From Octopus bimaculoides (lineage: Eukaryota): a stretch of DNA of 64,000 nt. The notes beneath the pieces are model-generated. The model saw nothing but the letters and a program-made list of their open reading frames with translations, made no database searches and was not told where the DNA came from. Within the stretch, counting starts at the first letter, position 1; the number at the start of each line of letters is the position of its first letter. The stretch is from positions 18,467,894-18,531,893 of the forward strand of contig NC_068998.1 in the NCBI RefSeq assembly GCF_001194135.2. Direction: 5' to 3'. Both the position numbers and the translations under genes were made by a program. Below are positions 50,931 to 63,500 of this stretch, in pieces.

Positions 50931-52249
50931 AACAAATTTGCCTCTTCAATTCTCAAACAGATTCATACACATCAATGTCCATCCTCAAAATTCAAAATAT
51001 CTTAGTCAAATGAAAAAAGCTCATGGAAAAATGGCGCATGAGAAAACATTATTGAAACTCAACCAAGAATAAAAAAACTCGCCCTAAAATATTCTCTATA
51101 GATTATTTACGATCTACTGCAGTGGCTTTCTTCTCACTATATTTATGAAACATGCAGTTAAAAAGAAATTATTGAAATTAGTCATGGCTCATTTTAGACA
51201 TCACTTTTAAAAAAATTGAAAATTATCAAATTAGACATTAAGTGTCGGATATATCAAGTTGGAATATAACAGAGAAAAGAATATTGACACCAAAAACTAT
51301 CCAGATATTTTATTACCAACCTCAATTACAATTGGGCCTAAGTTGAGGAAAATTTCTCAAAAAAGAAGTACCCATCACCTATGTTCCAAACTCTCTCAAC
51401 TTCAACAACAACAACAATTATACTGACCAATTTTTACTCCCAAAGATGATGCAGCAGTACAAAATGATGATGCAATACTTGCAATGTAATGATTTCAAAC
51501 CGGTAGGGAGAAAACAAGAAATCAGAAATGACTCATTTTACTCTGATTATTAATTCTCCCCTCCCCCACTATATATATATATATAAAATATATATATATA
51601 TATATATANNNNNNNNNNNNNNNNNNNNNNNNNNNNNNNNNNNNNNNNNNNNNNNNNNNNNNNNNNNNNNNNNNNNNNNNNNNNNNNNNNNNNNNNNNNN
51701 NNNNNNNNNNNNNNNNNNNNNNNNNNNNNNNNNNNNNNNNNNNNNNNNNNNNNNNNNNNNNNNNNNNNNNNNNNNNNNNNNNNNNNNNNNNNNNNNNNNN
51801 NNNNNNNNNNNNNNNNNNNNNNNNNNNNNNNNNNNNNNNNNNNNNNNNNNNNNNNNNNNNNNNNNNNNNNNNNNNNNNNNNNNNNNNNNNNNNNNNNNNN
51901 NNNNNNNNNNNNNNNNNNNNNNNNNNNNNNNNNNNNNNNNNNNNNNNNNNNNNNNNNNNNNNNNNNNNNNNNNNNNNNNNNNNNNNNNNNNNNNNNNNNN
52001 NNNNNNNNNNNNNNNNNNNNNNNNNNNNNNNNNNNNNNNNNNNNNNNNNNNNNNNNNNNNNNNNNNNNNNNNNNNGAATAAGTACTAGGCTTACAAAGAA
52101 TAAGTCCTGGGGTCGATTTTCTAGACTAAAAGGCGGTGCTCCAGCATGGCCGCAGTCAAATGACTGAAACAAGTAAAAGAGTAAATTGTTTTATAAATGA
52201 ACGTCGTCTGCTTAGAACATGTGTGGGACATTTCCCTGCTAGCAGTAAC

Positions 52250-52255
52250 CACGTG
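52250..52255. promoter_or_regulatory. Canonical E-box CACGTG in the RPIA proximal promoter
   Basis: The sequence AACCACGTGATA lies about 100 nt upstream of the first RPIA-frame ATG in a CpG-rich stretch. Function is inferred. Confidence 0.35.
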
Positions 52256-52470
52256 ATATTTCAAACAGTGTGAGCGGTCGCTAACTGTGCGCCTCGTTCT
52301 CATTCAGTTTTCCTTACTGTTGTCCGTAAAAGATTTCGCCTGTTTATGTTTACATGACGTTGTTGACATTCCGTCTACGTCCCAGTTCATCACATATTTT
52401 TATCATCAACCGAATCTATTCAATATTATTATCACCTACATTCCTACCAAGAATTGCTCATTTCGGAAAC

Positions 52471-52533
52471 ATGTCTTCTTATGAGGATTGTAAAAAAGTC
52501 GCTGCTTATGCAGCTGTGAACCACCACGTTAAT
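52471..52533 (+). CDS. RPIA: Ribose-5-phosphate isomerase A, first coding exon
   Basis: gaaacATG TCT ... AAT|gtgagt. Encodes MSSYEDCKKVAAYAAVNHHVN, matching the RpiA N-terminal helix (human AEEAKKLAGRAAVENHVR) with a phase-0 donor just before the expected N..V.GIGSGST motif. The next exon was not found in the window. Confidence 0.8.
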
Positions 52534-53835
52534 GTGAGTTTCGGAAATTTGTTTATTTTTGCTTTAATTTCTCAACATTATTAAAATGACATCATAAACG
52601 ATGGCTCTTCTCATCGAATTTATTTTTCACTCGTTTTCACATTACCCTCTATTTTGCCTTCTACAATTTTAAATCTCTTACTTTTATTAAACCCATTTAT
52701 CTGTTTTATTAGCTTATCTATGAACTTTCTTTTTTTTTTCTCACCTTATAAAATAACTGCTGTTTGGCTCTGTTATCATCGATGGAAGATGCTGCTATAT
52801 TTTTTTTTATTTTAGGCCTTCGTACTTTAATATTCTTCAAACCATTCACCAGTTTTCGTTTTACTTTTCTTTTTTGTTATTATTCGGAGATGCTTGAAAA
52901 CTGTAATTCGTTTTATTATCAATTATATATTTCTTGCACACCAGTTCTCATTAAATAACGGCACGTGTCTCCTAAAAGCACGTGCAACAAAAAAAAAACC
53001 ATGAAAGAATGCCCTTATTTTTAGATTTTTATCACATTTAGGAGTTTTCTTCGTTGTTTTTTATTTCTCAAAATCAAAAACAGGAGGAGAATTAGGTTTT
53101 AATTCTATTTAAAATATATATATATGAATTGTTAATGCTTTACTCAATACTCTGCACGTGTATGTGTGAAATTGCAGTTACTAATCCGTGTGTTTCCTTC
53201 AGAAAACAACTTTTATTCCATTAAAATAATTACTGAAAACAAAACAACTTCTTTTAGTTCATTGACTAAAATCAGAATAACTTTGTTATTCAGGTTTTAG
53301 GTGAAACAGTAAAATATATAAAAAGTAATAAAACAAAAGAGGGGGATTTCCTTAAATGTTATTACTCATCGTTTTATCCTAAATTCATCTAGTTGTGACG
53401 ATTAAATTACACATACTATATGTAATGAGTTGAAAACTTTCAGTTAATTGAAATTATCCATGCAATTAGTTTACAAAAACTTCTTTCATGCTTAAAATGT
53501 AAGCGACTAAAGCATCGGGCTTCCAGATTTAAAAGGCAAGGGAGATAACTCTAATAAAATCAGCGAATCTAAATTCTTGAGGAAAAAATTTTATACAAAC
53601 TGGAGTGGATTGTCTTTTGAAAGTCAATTGATGAAACCATTTAGCATATTGTAGTCTTCTTAGACCTCTTCATCGAAAAATATTCTACTTAGCAAAAACT
53701 AAGGTTATGAATAAAGAAATATAGAAATTGATGGGAATGTAGTCATATAAATATATCGTTTGGAGAAAAACATAAATCCGGAGAAGCACACTCTAAGGAA
53801 GTAGAGCAGTTAATGTTATAATGGGGGGAGGCCAG

Positions 53836-54200
53836 TTTATGGGGTTACCTTGGGTTTCTCGTCCATAAGGAGTTTGGCCTTATGGTGTATCGTCAGACCC
53901 CATACCTGTTGGCCTAAGACCTCTTCAAAATACCCCACTCCATATTTTGAAGAGGTCTTAGGCCAACAGGTTTGGGGTCTGACGATACGCCAAGGCCAAA
54001 CCCCGGGTAACCCCATAAAGCTTTGTGGACAGCTCGTCAGACTCTATAAGAATACAAAATTTTAAAATATCTCGAATTCTGAGCGTTTCCTCACGTCCGC
54101 GATGTAGATAAATTCAAATTTTGTATTCCTAAAGTCTGACGAGCTGTCCATAAGGCTTTGGCTTTGTGGGCACGAAACCTTGGGTAACTCTCTATATAAA
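53836..54200. repeat. Nested double-palindrome (foldback-like) element
   Basis: Hairpin 1 (53836-54019, loop 53933-53942) and hairpin 2 (54020-54156), with imperfect outer inverted ends. Confidence 0.85.
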
Positions 54201-54223
54201 ATTCTGGTATAAAATATATATAT

Positions 54224-54259
<36 letters not shown>

Positions 54260-56859
54260 NNNNNNNNNNNNNNNNNNNNNNNNNNNNNNNNNNNNNNNNN
54301 NNNNNNNNNNNNNNNNNNNNNNNNNNNNNNNNNNNNNNNNNNNNNNNNNNNNNNNNNNNNNNNNNNNNNNNNNNNNNNNNNNNNNNNNNNNNNNNNNNNN
54401 NNNNNNNNNNNNNNNNNNNNNNNNNNNNNNNNNNNNNNNNNNNNNNNNNNNNNNNNNNNNNNNNNNNNNNNNNNNNNNNNNNNNNNNNNNNNNNNNNNNN
54501 NNNNNNNNNNNNNNNNNNNNNNNNNNNNNNNNNNNNNNNNNNNNNNNNNNNNNNNNNNNNNNNNNNNNNNNNNNNNNNNNNNNNNNNNNNNNNNNNNNNN
54601 NNNNNNNNNNNNNNNNNNNNNNNNNNNNNNNNNNNNNNNNNNNNNNNNNNNNNNNNNNNNNNNNNNNNNNNNNNNNNNNNNNNNNNNNNNNNNNNNNNNN
54701 NNNNNNNNNNNAAAAAAAAAAACACATTTAATGGAATGATGATGCACCCAAGAGTGATCCATTGCTTGGATTTAAGCAAAAGATTTGTATGTCTGTATTT
54801 TAAACAATGATCTTAAAAAATTCGAAAAAAGAGAACTTTTAGAATTTATTGGGGTAGGGGTTTCGGTAAATTCTTTTTATATAAGCAGACCCGACCGTTA
54901 TACAGGATGCGGAACGGTTATATTTTTAAACGCTCTTACAGGGAGCTGTTTATCTTTTAAATTGCTAGGATGACGTTAAGAAGTTTTTCAACTCATTGCA
55001 TGTGGGACCTTACCGTTTGTGTATTTACTATGGGGTTACTTTTCTTAGCCATATTGTTATTTACCAGTTGCGTGCTAGGGTCGATCTAATCGACTGGCTC
55101 CCCTCCCCACAAATTTCGAGCTTTGTGCATAGAGTAGAAAAGAATGTTATTAGGATTTAAAGATTGTGATCTATTAAAAAAAAGGGAGCAAAAACAGTAA
55201 TATGCAAACATTTTGTATTGAATTTAGAATCAGTTGAAGTTCAACAACAAATGACCTCATGCATTTTTGCATTGTCTATATGTTCAGACTTTGAACTTCA
55301 TTACTAAGATCTCAGTCGATGACTAAGAAGAAAATGTTTCGTAACATAATTTAATTTTCTGTCTCCTCCCATTTCTTTATCAAACGCAGTAGTTTCTGAA
55401 TTACCTGTATTTTCATTTCTTGGGAAAACATTTTTTTCCTGTCCCGTTTAGTAATTAAGAAGTAAACCCTAACGATATAACGTAGCGTTTTCGTTTTTTT
55501 TTTCCACATGTTCTTTCTATGAATATTTACTTTCATTTTAGCTCGATTGGTCCGCCATATGCTCGGAATTATGGTTTAAGCACCCCAAATATGTTCCGTA
55601 TTTATTTTATAGATTTGCTGTTAATTACACATATGAGCTAGGTGATGGTCGTGCTTTGGCCAAACGCTTTCCTTTCATTTATTTAAAAGAGTGTAAATGA
55701 CAGCTATACCGTCCAGGTAGTTTTTAAAATATTTTATATAATTTCCATATGTATTCAGCTTTAACCTTTTGCTTGTCCTGTGCATCAAATGTGAATATCT
55801 TGTTCCATGTGGCAGGCCTGGTGTCCGTACATCATTTATGATATACATCCCTCATTTTNNNNNNNNNNNNNNNNNNNNNNNNNNNNNNNNNNNNNNNNNN
55901 NNNNNNNNNNNNNNNNNNNNNNNNNNNNNNNNNNNNNNNNNNNNNNNNNNNNNNNNNNNNNNNNNNNNNNNNNNNNNNNNNNNNNNNNNNNNNNNNNNNN
56001 NNNNNNNNNNNNNNNNNNNNNNNNNNNNNNNNNNNNNNNNNNNNNNNNNNNNNNNNNNNNNNNNNNNNNNNNNNNNNNNNNNNNNNNNNNNNNNNNNNNN
56101 NNNNNNNNNNNNNNNNNNNNNNNNNNNNNNNNNNNNNNNNNNNNNNNNNNNNNNNNNNNNNNNNNNNNNNNNNNNNNNNNNNNNNNNNNNNNNNNNNNNN
56201 NNNNNNNNNNNNNNCTCGCATTTCTTTTTCTGATATTTTTTTCCAATTATTGCTTGCTTCTGTTTAGCCTTCATGTCAAATTCTAGTCGAACAGACATTG
56301 ATCAAAAATGACTCAGTATTGACCATCCTATATTGTCCATTGAGTCGTTTTTCTTTTTTTGCACTAGGTATTGCGAGGGAAATGTAGCTGCTATTTCTAG
56401 CTGGTTGGGCTACTGCGTAGAAACTCCCACGCTGGTATTACTGGCGAGTCCATTTTTAATTGTAAATGATAAAGACGGAATCTTGTTTTCTTGTAGGGTA
56501 AATTCCTCTTCTTGGCAAGTAGTTCAGTGAACTGTTGATTTTTTTTTTTTTTCACTTGTGCAATATATCTGAAAAGTTACATTCTTTCACAAAAACACTC
56601 GTGCAAATACGAATCCTTGCCAATATTTTGAAAAGGCATAAATTTCGCACTGGTCATTTCTTCCTTATTTTTATAATACCCGCCCAAATCGCCTTGTTTT
56701 GTCAGTAAATGTTTAGAAACATTTGTCTCTTTTTTGTTATTACCTCGTATTTCTAAATTAAACAAAATGAATGAAGACATGAACTCGAATGAAAGAAATA
56801 AATATAAACAAACGCGAGCATACATACATACATGTATATTTCTGTGTGTATACATACAC

Positions 56860-57110
56860 GCGCACACAACATCTCAATTATTTGTTTACAATTTCAATTT
56901 GCTATTTTCAAAAAAAAAAATTTTTTTCTTGTGACCACATTTTTTTCTGATATTATCTGCAATGGCATGGCATCGCCAACATCTACTAACTCCCACAATT
57001 TTACCTTCATTTAACTCATTTCATGGCCACATGTATAGCATAATCGATGGAAGTGGGTAAACAACAATTCGATTTTCTTCAAAAATTCCATTGAATAATC
57101 ATTGTCCATA
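56860..57110 (-). mobile_element. Merlin/IS1595-like transposase N-terminal remnant
   Basis: Minus strand reads MEFLKKIELL..RLCYTCGHEMS*, then after a frameshift CWRCH..RKKCGHKKKIFFFENSKLKL*/QIIEML. This fits the Merlin C..CG..M....WRC...C.....FFENSKL.L..I pattern. Confidence 0.6.
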
Positions 57111-59289
57111 ATTTCCAATGGAAGTAAGCAACAGTTATAATTTTAAATGACAGATTAATAGTTTTTAATTTAGTCGTGCAAATAGCCCACCCCACTCAAA
57201 AATACTTGCAATGCATGGTAATAAAGAAGAAGCGCCAAATATTTCATGATGTTAATGACGTATGTATGTGTGTAGTACAGTGGGTGTTAAATATAATCCC
57301 GAATAGTTGTCATCGGGCGGTTTATCGAAATTGATAGGTCCCAAACTCGGCGATCCTCTTTATCAAAAAACAACTATTGTCTTAGAGTTCTGGTTATATG
57401 CAAAATTTTCGTATAGCTTGCAACATAATCACCATAATCGCTAAGAAATCAAAAAAGAAAGCGTGCTCGTTACGTAGTATGTGTTTAGGTGATACTGGTA
57501 GTGAAATTGTATATTGATAGTGAGAGTGGAGAAGATTGTTATTGGTGAAGTTTGATCGTTGTGGCTGGTGGTATTCGTGGATCTGTATGTGGGTGTGTAA
57601 TTAAAAAGCTTGCTTTTCAGCCATGTGGCTTTAGGTTCGATCCAACTGAGTGGCATCTTGTGCTGCTTGTCTTCTACTGTAGCCCTGGGTCGACGGAAAC
57701 TGAACTAATCAAACTATGTGTGTACAAATAAAATATGAGTATATGCATATATATGTACATGTATGTACATACCTTCATCTACATGTATATATAGATGCAT
57801 ATCGGGGTACATGACGTTGCAAAAAAACATGGACAAAATGATAAACAAGGTACACAAAACACACAGGCCACATAGAGAACATATCTTTCATCAGCTGCCA
57901 CTATTATAACACTGGCGTTTCGAAGAGTTAGGCCAGGATGCATCGTTAAAATGGCTCTTCCCACGAACACAATTTAAATTTGTTCCATGGAGGATAGTGG
58001 CGGACGGAAAACGAAACGGTGAAATAAACAAACGAAAAAGGCTATACAGCCAGACTTGGAAAAAGTATGTGTACATTTCATCCTTTGAGGGTTGATTAAA
58101 TAAGTACCAGTTATGCACTGGAGTTGATGTAATCGACTTGATCCCTTTGTCCTTGTTTGTCCCCTCTATGTTTAGCCCCCTGTGGGCAATAAAGAAATAA
58201 ATATATATTAAATTTCAGGCCTTGTGCCTAGAGTAGAAAAGAATATATATATTGATTGTTAGTCTTATTAAATTGATGCCTGTCTATTATTTGATCAGTC
58301 CTGATTCACTAGACCTATGATGACAGCTATTTTAAGCTGTGACTGTCCTATCTATCACAGTCGGGCATCCATAGTCACATTACCCAGCATGCTCTTCCCC
58401 TTCTTAAGACTGAGGTGTGATTTCAAGGAGATTCTGGTTGCTATTGTAGCTTGTTGAGTGACTGTGTAGCAGCTTAACCAGTGGGCAAAACATGTGGTGG
58501 TGTCTGTTACTGAATCAAGCTAAAAATTAAAACTGTTTAGTTATAATGGAATTCTTAACTAAATTGATATAGCTAGTATTAAGATTAACAATCTTTGCAT
58601 ACCCAGATGCATTGTCATAGCTTTTGAATTATAATTAAACAGAGGTTGTCTTACTCCTAGCAAGACTAATTAACGGTTTTCCAAAATAGTAATTTTTAAC
58701 TGAGCAGTAATGTCAAAGAGAAAGTACAGTTTGACATGTTCTTATGTATAGTTTTTGTCTTACATTTCTGTCATTGGACTGTGGCCATGCTGGGTCAGCC
58801 AAATAGATTGGCCTCAGTACTATGTTTTTAAGCTTGGTATATATTCTATTGGTTGTCAAGTGGTGGTGGTGATGGCGGGAAAGAAACAAAAAGATACATG
58901 CACACATATCTATACAACAGTTTCCATCTGTCAAATTCAATCACAAAGCTTTGGTCAACCTGAAGTTATAGTAGAGGATCCTAGTTGGTGTTACGCATTG
59001 GGGCTGAACCCAAAGCGCATGGTTACAAAGAACTGTTTGAATTGTTAGTAGTACCTTTCTATTATTAAATGCAAGTGTTTTTTTTTGGGGGGGGGGGGTT
59101 CCAAACACTGATGGGGCATACATTTTTCTGGAAAGTTATAGTGGGGCCTGGGGGGAAATAGGTTGGGAGTCACTGATCTAGATAATCAATTTAACAGTGT
59201 TGGAGAATGTTTCAAAAATACAGTAATAGCCAGAGAAAGAATTGAGTAGAAAAGTTCAAGGAACTATTATTTCTGCTGACAATAAAAGA

Positions 59290-59715
59290 ATTCTCTCTTC
59301 AAGTGAAACGTTGATTGTACAAGGTCTGTATACAAAGTGCAACGTTGCATGGTAGCAAAACACAGTCTGTGAGGGCTGGAAAAATTGCAGCATGCATGAT
59401 CTACTGGACATGTAATGGCAGTGTGCATGAATAACAGAACTCAGTTGTAAAACTGAGGGAAAATGGGATATAAGAGAAATCAGATCTGATGAGCTGAGTT
59501 GGTATGGACATGTACTGCATATATATGAAGGATGACGGTTGGGTTAGCCAAATATCAAGCAATCCAAGTGGAAGGAATCTGTGGAAGAGGAAGACATACG
59601 CAGAAACTGAGTGCAAGACACTGAACCCCATGAAACTGACACGATTGCAACAAGTGTTGAGAGACTATTGGAGAAGACCCACCTAATCAATACAAGCACG
59701 AAAAAAAAATGGGAT
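59290..59715 (+). mobile_element. RTE-clade LINE 3' fragment
   Basis: Degenerate frames read LSLQVKR.LYKVC, ..LREK.DI, and L(S)WYGHVL, typical of the RTE post-RT region. Confidence 0.7.
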
Positions 59716-59717
59716 GT

Positions 59718-59943
59718 TTAACCCTTTAGCATTCAGATTACTACCAAGTGTAATGCGTATTCATTCACACTGTTTTGAATTGATCATGCATTATCTTGTA
59801 GCATTGAGATTCCGATGATGCAATTGTTTATTTTTAGAATAACATTGTAGGATAGGTATGAGAGGCCAGATCTGGCTAGTTTGACCATAAAACAGATAGA
59901 ATATTTGGGCCTGGTATGGCCTGTTTAAATACTAACCGATTAA
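59718..59943. mobile_element. 220-bp TTAA MITE
   Basis: TTAA|CCCTTTAGCATTC ... TACTAACCGA|TTAA. Confidence 0.75.
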
Positions 59944-61013
59944 CAGTGTATATATTGATGGTGGCAGTAATAATAACAATAACGAGTGAGAGAAATGGTG
60001 AAAAAGAATTTAAGAACTGATTGTATAAGTATTACAATCTGTTCCTGATAGTACAGTTTATGTGCTATAGCCTATCCTAACTTATGAAAGATACTATGCA
60101 AGGAGGAAGTAGTCTGTAATTAATTCATACCTTAGTCTGATCTAATTAAAAGAATCAGGAAGTTGTCTGTAATTAATTCATAGACATGAAAGTAAAGACA
60201 GCATGTGTGCAAAAGCTTGTCAAACTTTATAATTAGTTTGTGTTAGCAATGAAAAGAAACTAAAATATTGTGTTGGCAATGGAAAGAAACTAAAATATTA
60301 ATGAAGAACAGTAAACTATTGTCTTTATAACAAGGAACAATGCTTTTGTCCTAGTCTTTGGGTAATTACCAGTAAAAATCTGAATTACTAATTGTTGTGA
60401 TATTTTTATGTAAGTTTGATTTCTCTTGAGTTTCCGTTTTGGTATATTAACAATGGTGACTTTCATAATGATTGATGTTATACTCTGTTTTCTACATATA
60501 TCACTAAATAAAGAATCTAATTTGATAGGTTGATATTATCTCCTGTATTGTGAGGAGAATATAAACTGCATGTTGAAAGAATCCCATTTGTATTGCTAAA
60601 TCTTAGGACCCCGTTCCCCATTGACCATTGGATTCTACACCTGGAAAGTTCCTCCTCTGGATGCAGACTTGAGCAATATTTTTTTGTAGAAGACTAGCTC
60701 TTTCATGCATGCAAGTCACCTCTCTCCACTTCAATGATTATGCCAAAGGCAAAGCAAGGCTGATACAACTTGACACTAGCGTCATTTGTTGGCATTGTCA
60801 TCAAAATGCAATCAGCCAGAATGGATACCACAAAGTATCTCATCCAACACTCTATAAAGCTTCTGCCAGTCTACTGTCCTGGACTTGTACTTTTTTATCA
60901 ACACCAAAAGGGCAAAGTCAATCTTTTGCAGAATTTAAGTTCTGAGTGCAAGTTTGGAACAATTGGTGCGAGGCATTTTATCCAATGCTCTAACATCTAC
61001 CAATATTTTGTTG

Positions 61014-61227
61014 CTAACCCTTTAGCATTGGGATTACTTTGTCACATGTAATGCTTATTTATTCACATTACTTTGAATTAACCCTGCATTATCTTGTAGC
61101 TTTGGCATATCAGTTATGTGATGATTTGTTTCTAGAATGGCATTGTAGGATAGGTGTTAGAGTCTGGATCTAGTCAGTTTGAATGTAAAACAGGTAGAAT
61201 ATTTTGGGTTGGATATGGCAGGGTTAA
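61014..61227. mobile_element. 220-bp-family TTAA MITE (degenerate)
   Basis: CTAACCCTTTAGCAT start, GGGTTAA end, same internal sequence as the other copies. Confidence 0.65.
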
Positions 61228-62514
61228 GTAGGTGAAGAATAGTTACTGCTTGGAAATTAGAAAGAAGTGGTAAGATAAAATGGATACAGGCATGGCTGTG
61301 TGGTTAAGACATTTACTTCGCAGCTGTGTGACCCCTAGTTTAATTCTGTTCTATGGCAACTTTTTTTTTTAATTCCCTACTATAACCACAAATCAACCAA
61401 AGCCTTATGAGTGAAATTTGCTAGAAACTGTGGAAACCCATCAGAACTAGTTCTGTTCTGGAATGTTAGGGTTAGTCTGTTACCCAGTTTAATGTCACCA
61501 TCTGGCCTTTGGGTGCTCTTAGAGACAACAAGTAGATAGGCAAAGCAGTTTCCTTTCACGTAGAATTTGATTGTGTTAACTAATCAACAAAGTCACAGGT
61601 AACCTCCAACAGAAGAATTTGAATGTAATAAACCAGAAGCATCAAAGAGTAGATCACATACATTGAATCACAGCAAGTCTTCCATTCAATGGACTTCTCT
61701 TATTCACTTTATTAAAATTTATTCCAGCTTGAGATATCTGTGTTACTTTTCACTAACATTTAGCTGATGGCATGTATTTTTTACAGACAGAATCAAAACC
61801 TATATGATGGACTTCACTCAGTTTTCATGTACCAAATCCATTCACAAGGCTTTGGTCAGCTTAGGGCTACTGTAAAAGACACTTGCCCAAGGTGCCAAGC
61901 AGTTGGACTGAACCTAAAACCACATGGTTGGAAAGCAAACTTTGTACCACACACTTATTGCTTGTAGATCAGTTCTTATTTACTTAGTTGATAATGTAAT
62001 ATGATATTTAGTAGCATGGCAGCAAGATGGCTGAATCATTACCATACCGGGCAAAATGCTTAGCTGCATTTCATCTGCCTTTACATTCAGAGTTCAAATA
62101 CCACTGAGGTCGACTTTGCCTTTCATTCCTTTGGGGTTGATAAAATAAGTATTAGTTGAGCACTGGGGTTGACGTAATCAATTTGTCCTCTCCTTGAAAT
62201 TGCTGGCCTTGTACCAAAATATGAAACTAGTATGACAGTAGGATTCAGCAGTAAAATCTGTTATATGTAACCCAATATGTGCCGTGCCTGTAAACCTTAT
62301 TTCAAGGTTGTTGACAGTAACAAATGGCTACTGTTCAGCTTTCTAGACTGAAATCTGTTGGTAGAGATTTTTTTTGTTGTAATGTGTCGTTACGCATAGT
62401 TTTTATCTTTTTTTAAAAATATTATGTTGCTTTCATTTAGTAATACAATGCGAGGACCTTCAAAATAAAAATGGGTCAGACAAAATTACTATTTATTACC
62501 TTTTTTTCTTTTGT

Positions 62515-62880
62515 TTTGCTTCAGTCATTATACTGTGGCCATGCTGGGACACCACCTTGAGGAATTTTAATCAAACTAATCAACTTCAGTACTTATTCTT
62601 TTCTTAAGCATGGTACTTATTCCATTGGTCTCTTTTGCCAAACTGCTAAGTTAAGCAGACATAAACGCACCAACACTGGTTGTCAAGCAGTGGTGGTGAG
62701 AGACCAACACAGCCACAAAGATACATGCACACATATATAGATATATATGATGAGCTTCTTTCAGTTTCCATCTACCATATTCATTCACAAGGCTTTGGTT
62801 GGCCTGAGGTGTCATGCAGTGAGACTGAACCCAGAACCCTGTGGTTAGGAAGCAAACTTCTTACCACGCAGCCATGCCTG
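62515..62880 (-). mobile_element. SINE family A copy
   Basis: Reverse tail, internal CA/TA and head blocks. Confidence 0.75.
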
Positions 62881-63334
62881 TTCTTTTATTTATTATGTTT
62901 ATTTTATAAATTTCTTTCCTAGGTTATGTTTCTTTTTCATCTTTTTCTTTAAAAGAGGTTAATCTAAAAAAAACAGGATAGCAAATTATTCAAGACCAAA
63001 AATAATAAAAAAAAAGTTATGTTTGTGTACATTGTTAATTATCATCATTGTGACATCCACTTGTCCATGATTGCATAGATTGGGTGGAGTTTATTGAGGT
63101 AGACTTTCTATGCCTGGTTGCCCTTCCTGTCATCAACTCTCACCTTTTTCCAAGCAAGCAAACACAGCCAGGCATGTACTTGCAGAATATTAGAAACGAA
63201 TGACACTGCTTGTATGACTGACATTTATTTCACAACTACCATGCTATGTTAAGACAAAAAGACACACAGCCAAAGATTAACCTAAGCCATGTTTAACTTA
63301 ATAGCACCACCTGATAGGATCTGTTTAGTCATTT

Positions 63335-63500
63335 TTAAGTCAAGTTTTGTCATATCATGGCCCATTCAATTAGGGAGTTGTTGTTGACTGAGATGTATAG
63401 GTGGTTTTATCTGGTATCCTTTGAAGAAATTTGTCCAGATTTCATTTGAAGATGACGAGATCTTTTTCTTCTTTTGATTTCTTTTGGGATAATATTAGAT
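63335..63500 (-). mobile_element. CR1-group LINE 3' end remnant
   Basis: Minus strand reads KDLVIFK*NLDKFLQRIPD, resembling the FK..LDKFL..IPD C-terminal motif of CR1/L2-group ORF2. Confidence 0.4.

Noticed and set aside
57880-57940. Hammerhead ribozyme words (GAAAC, CTGATGA on the minus strand; a similar degenerate set at about 43975-44000)
   Set aside because: The order and stems do not build a canonical core with a GUH cleavage site; at most Penelope-like terminal remnants.
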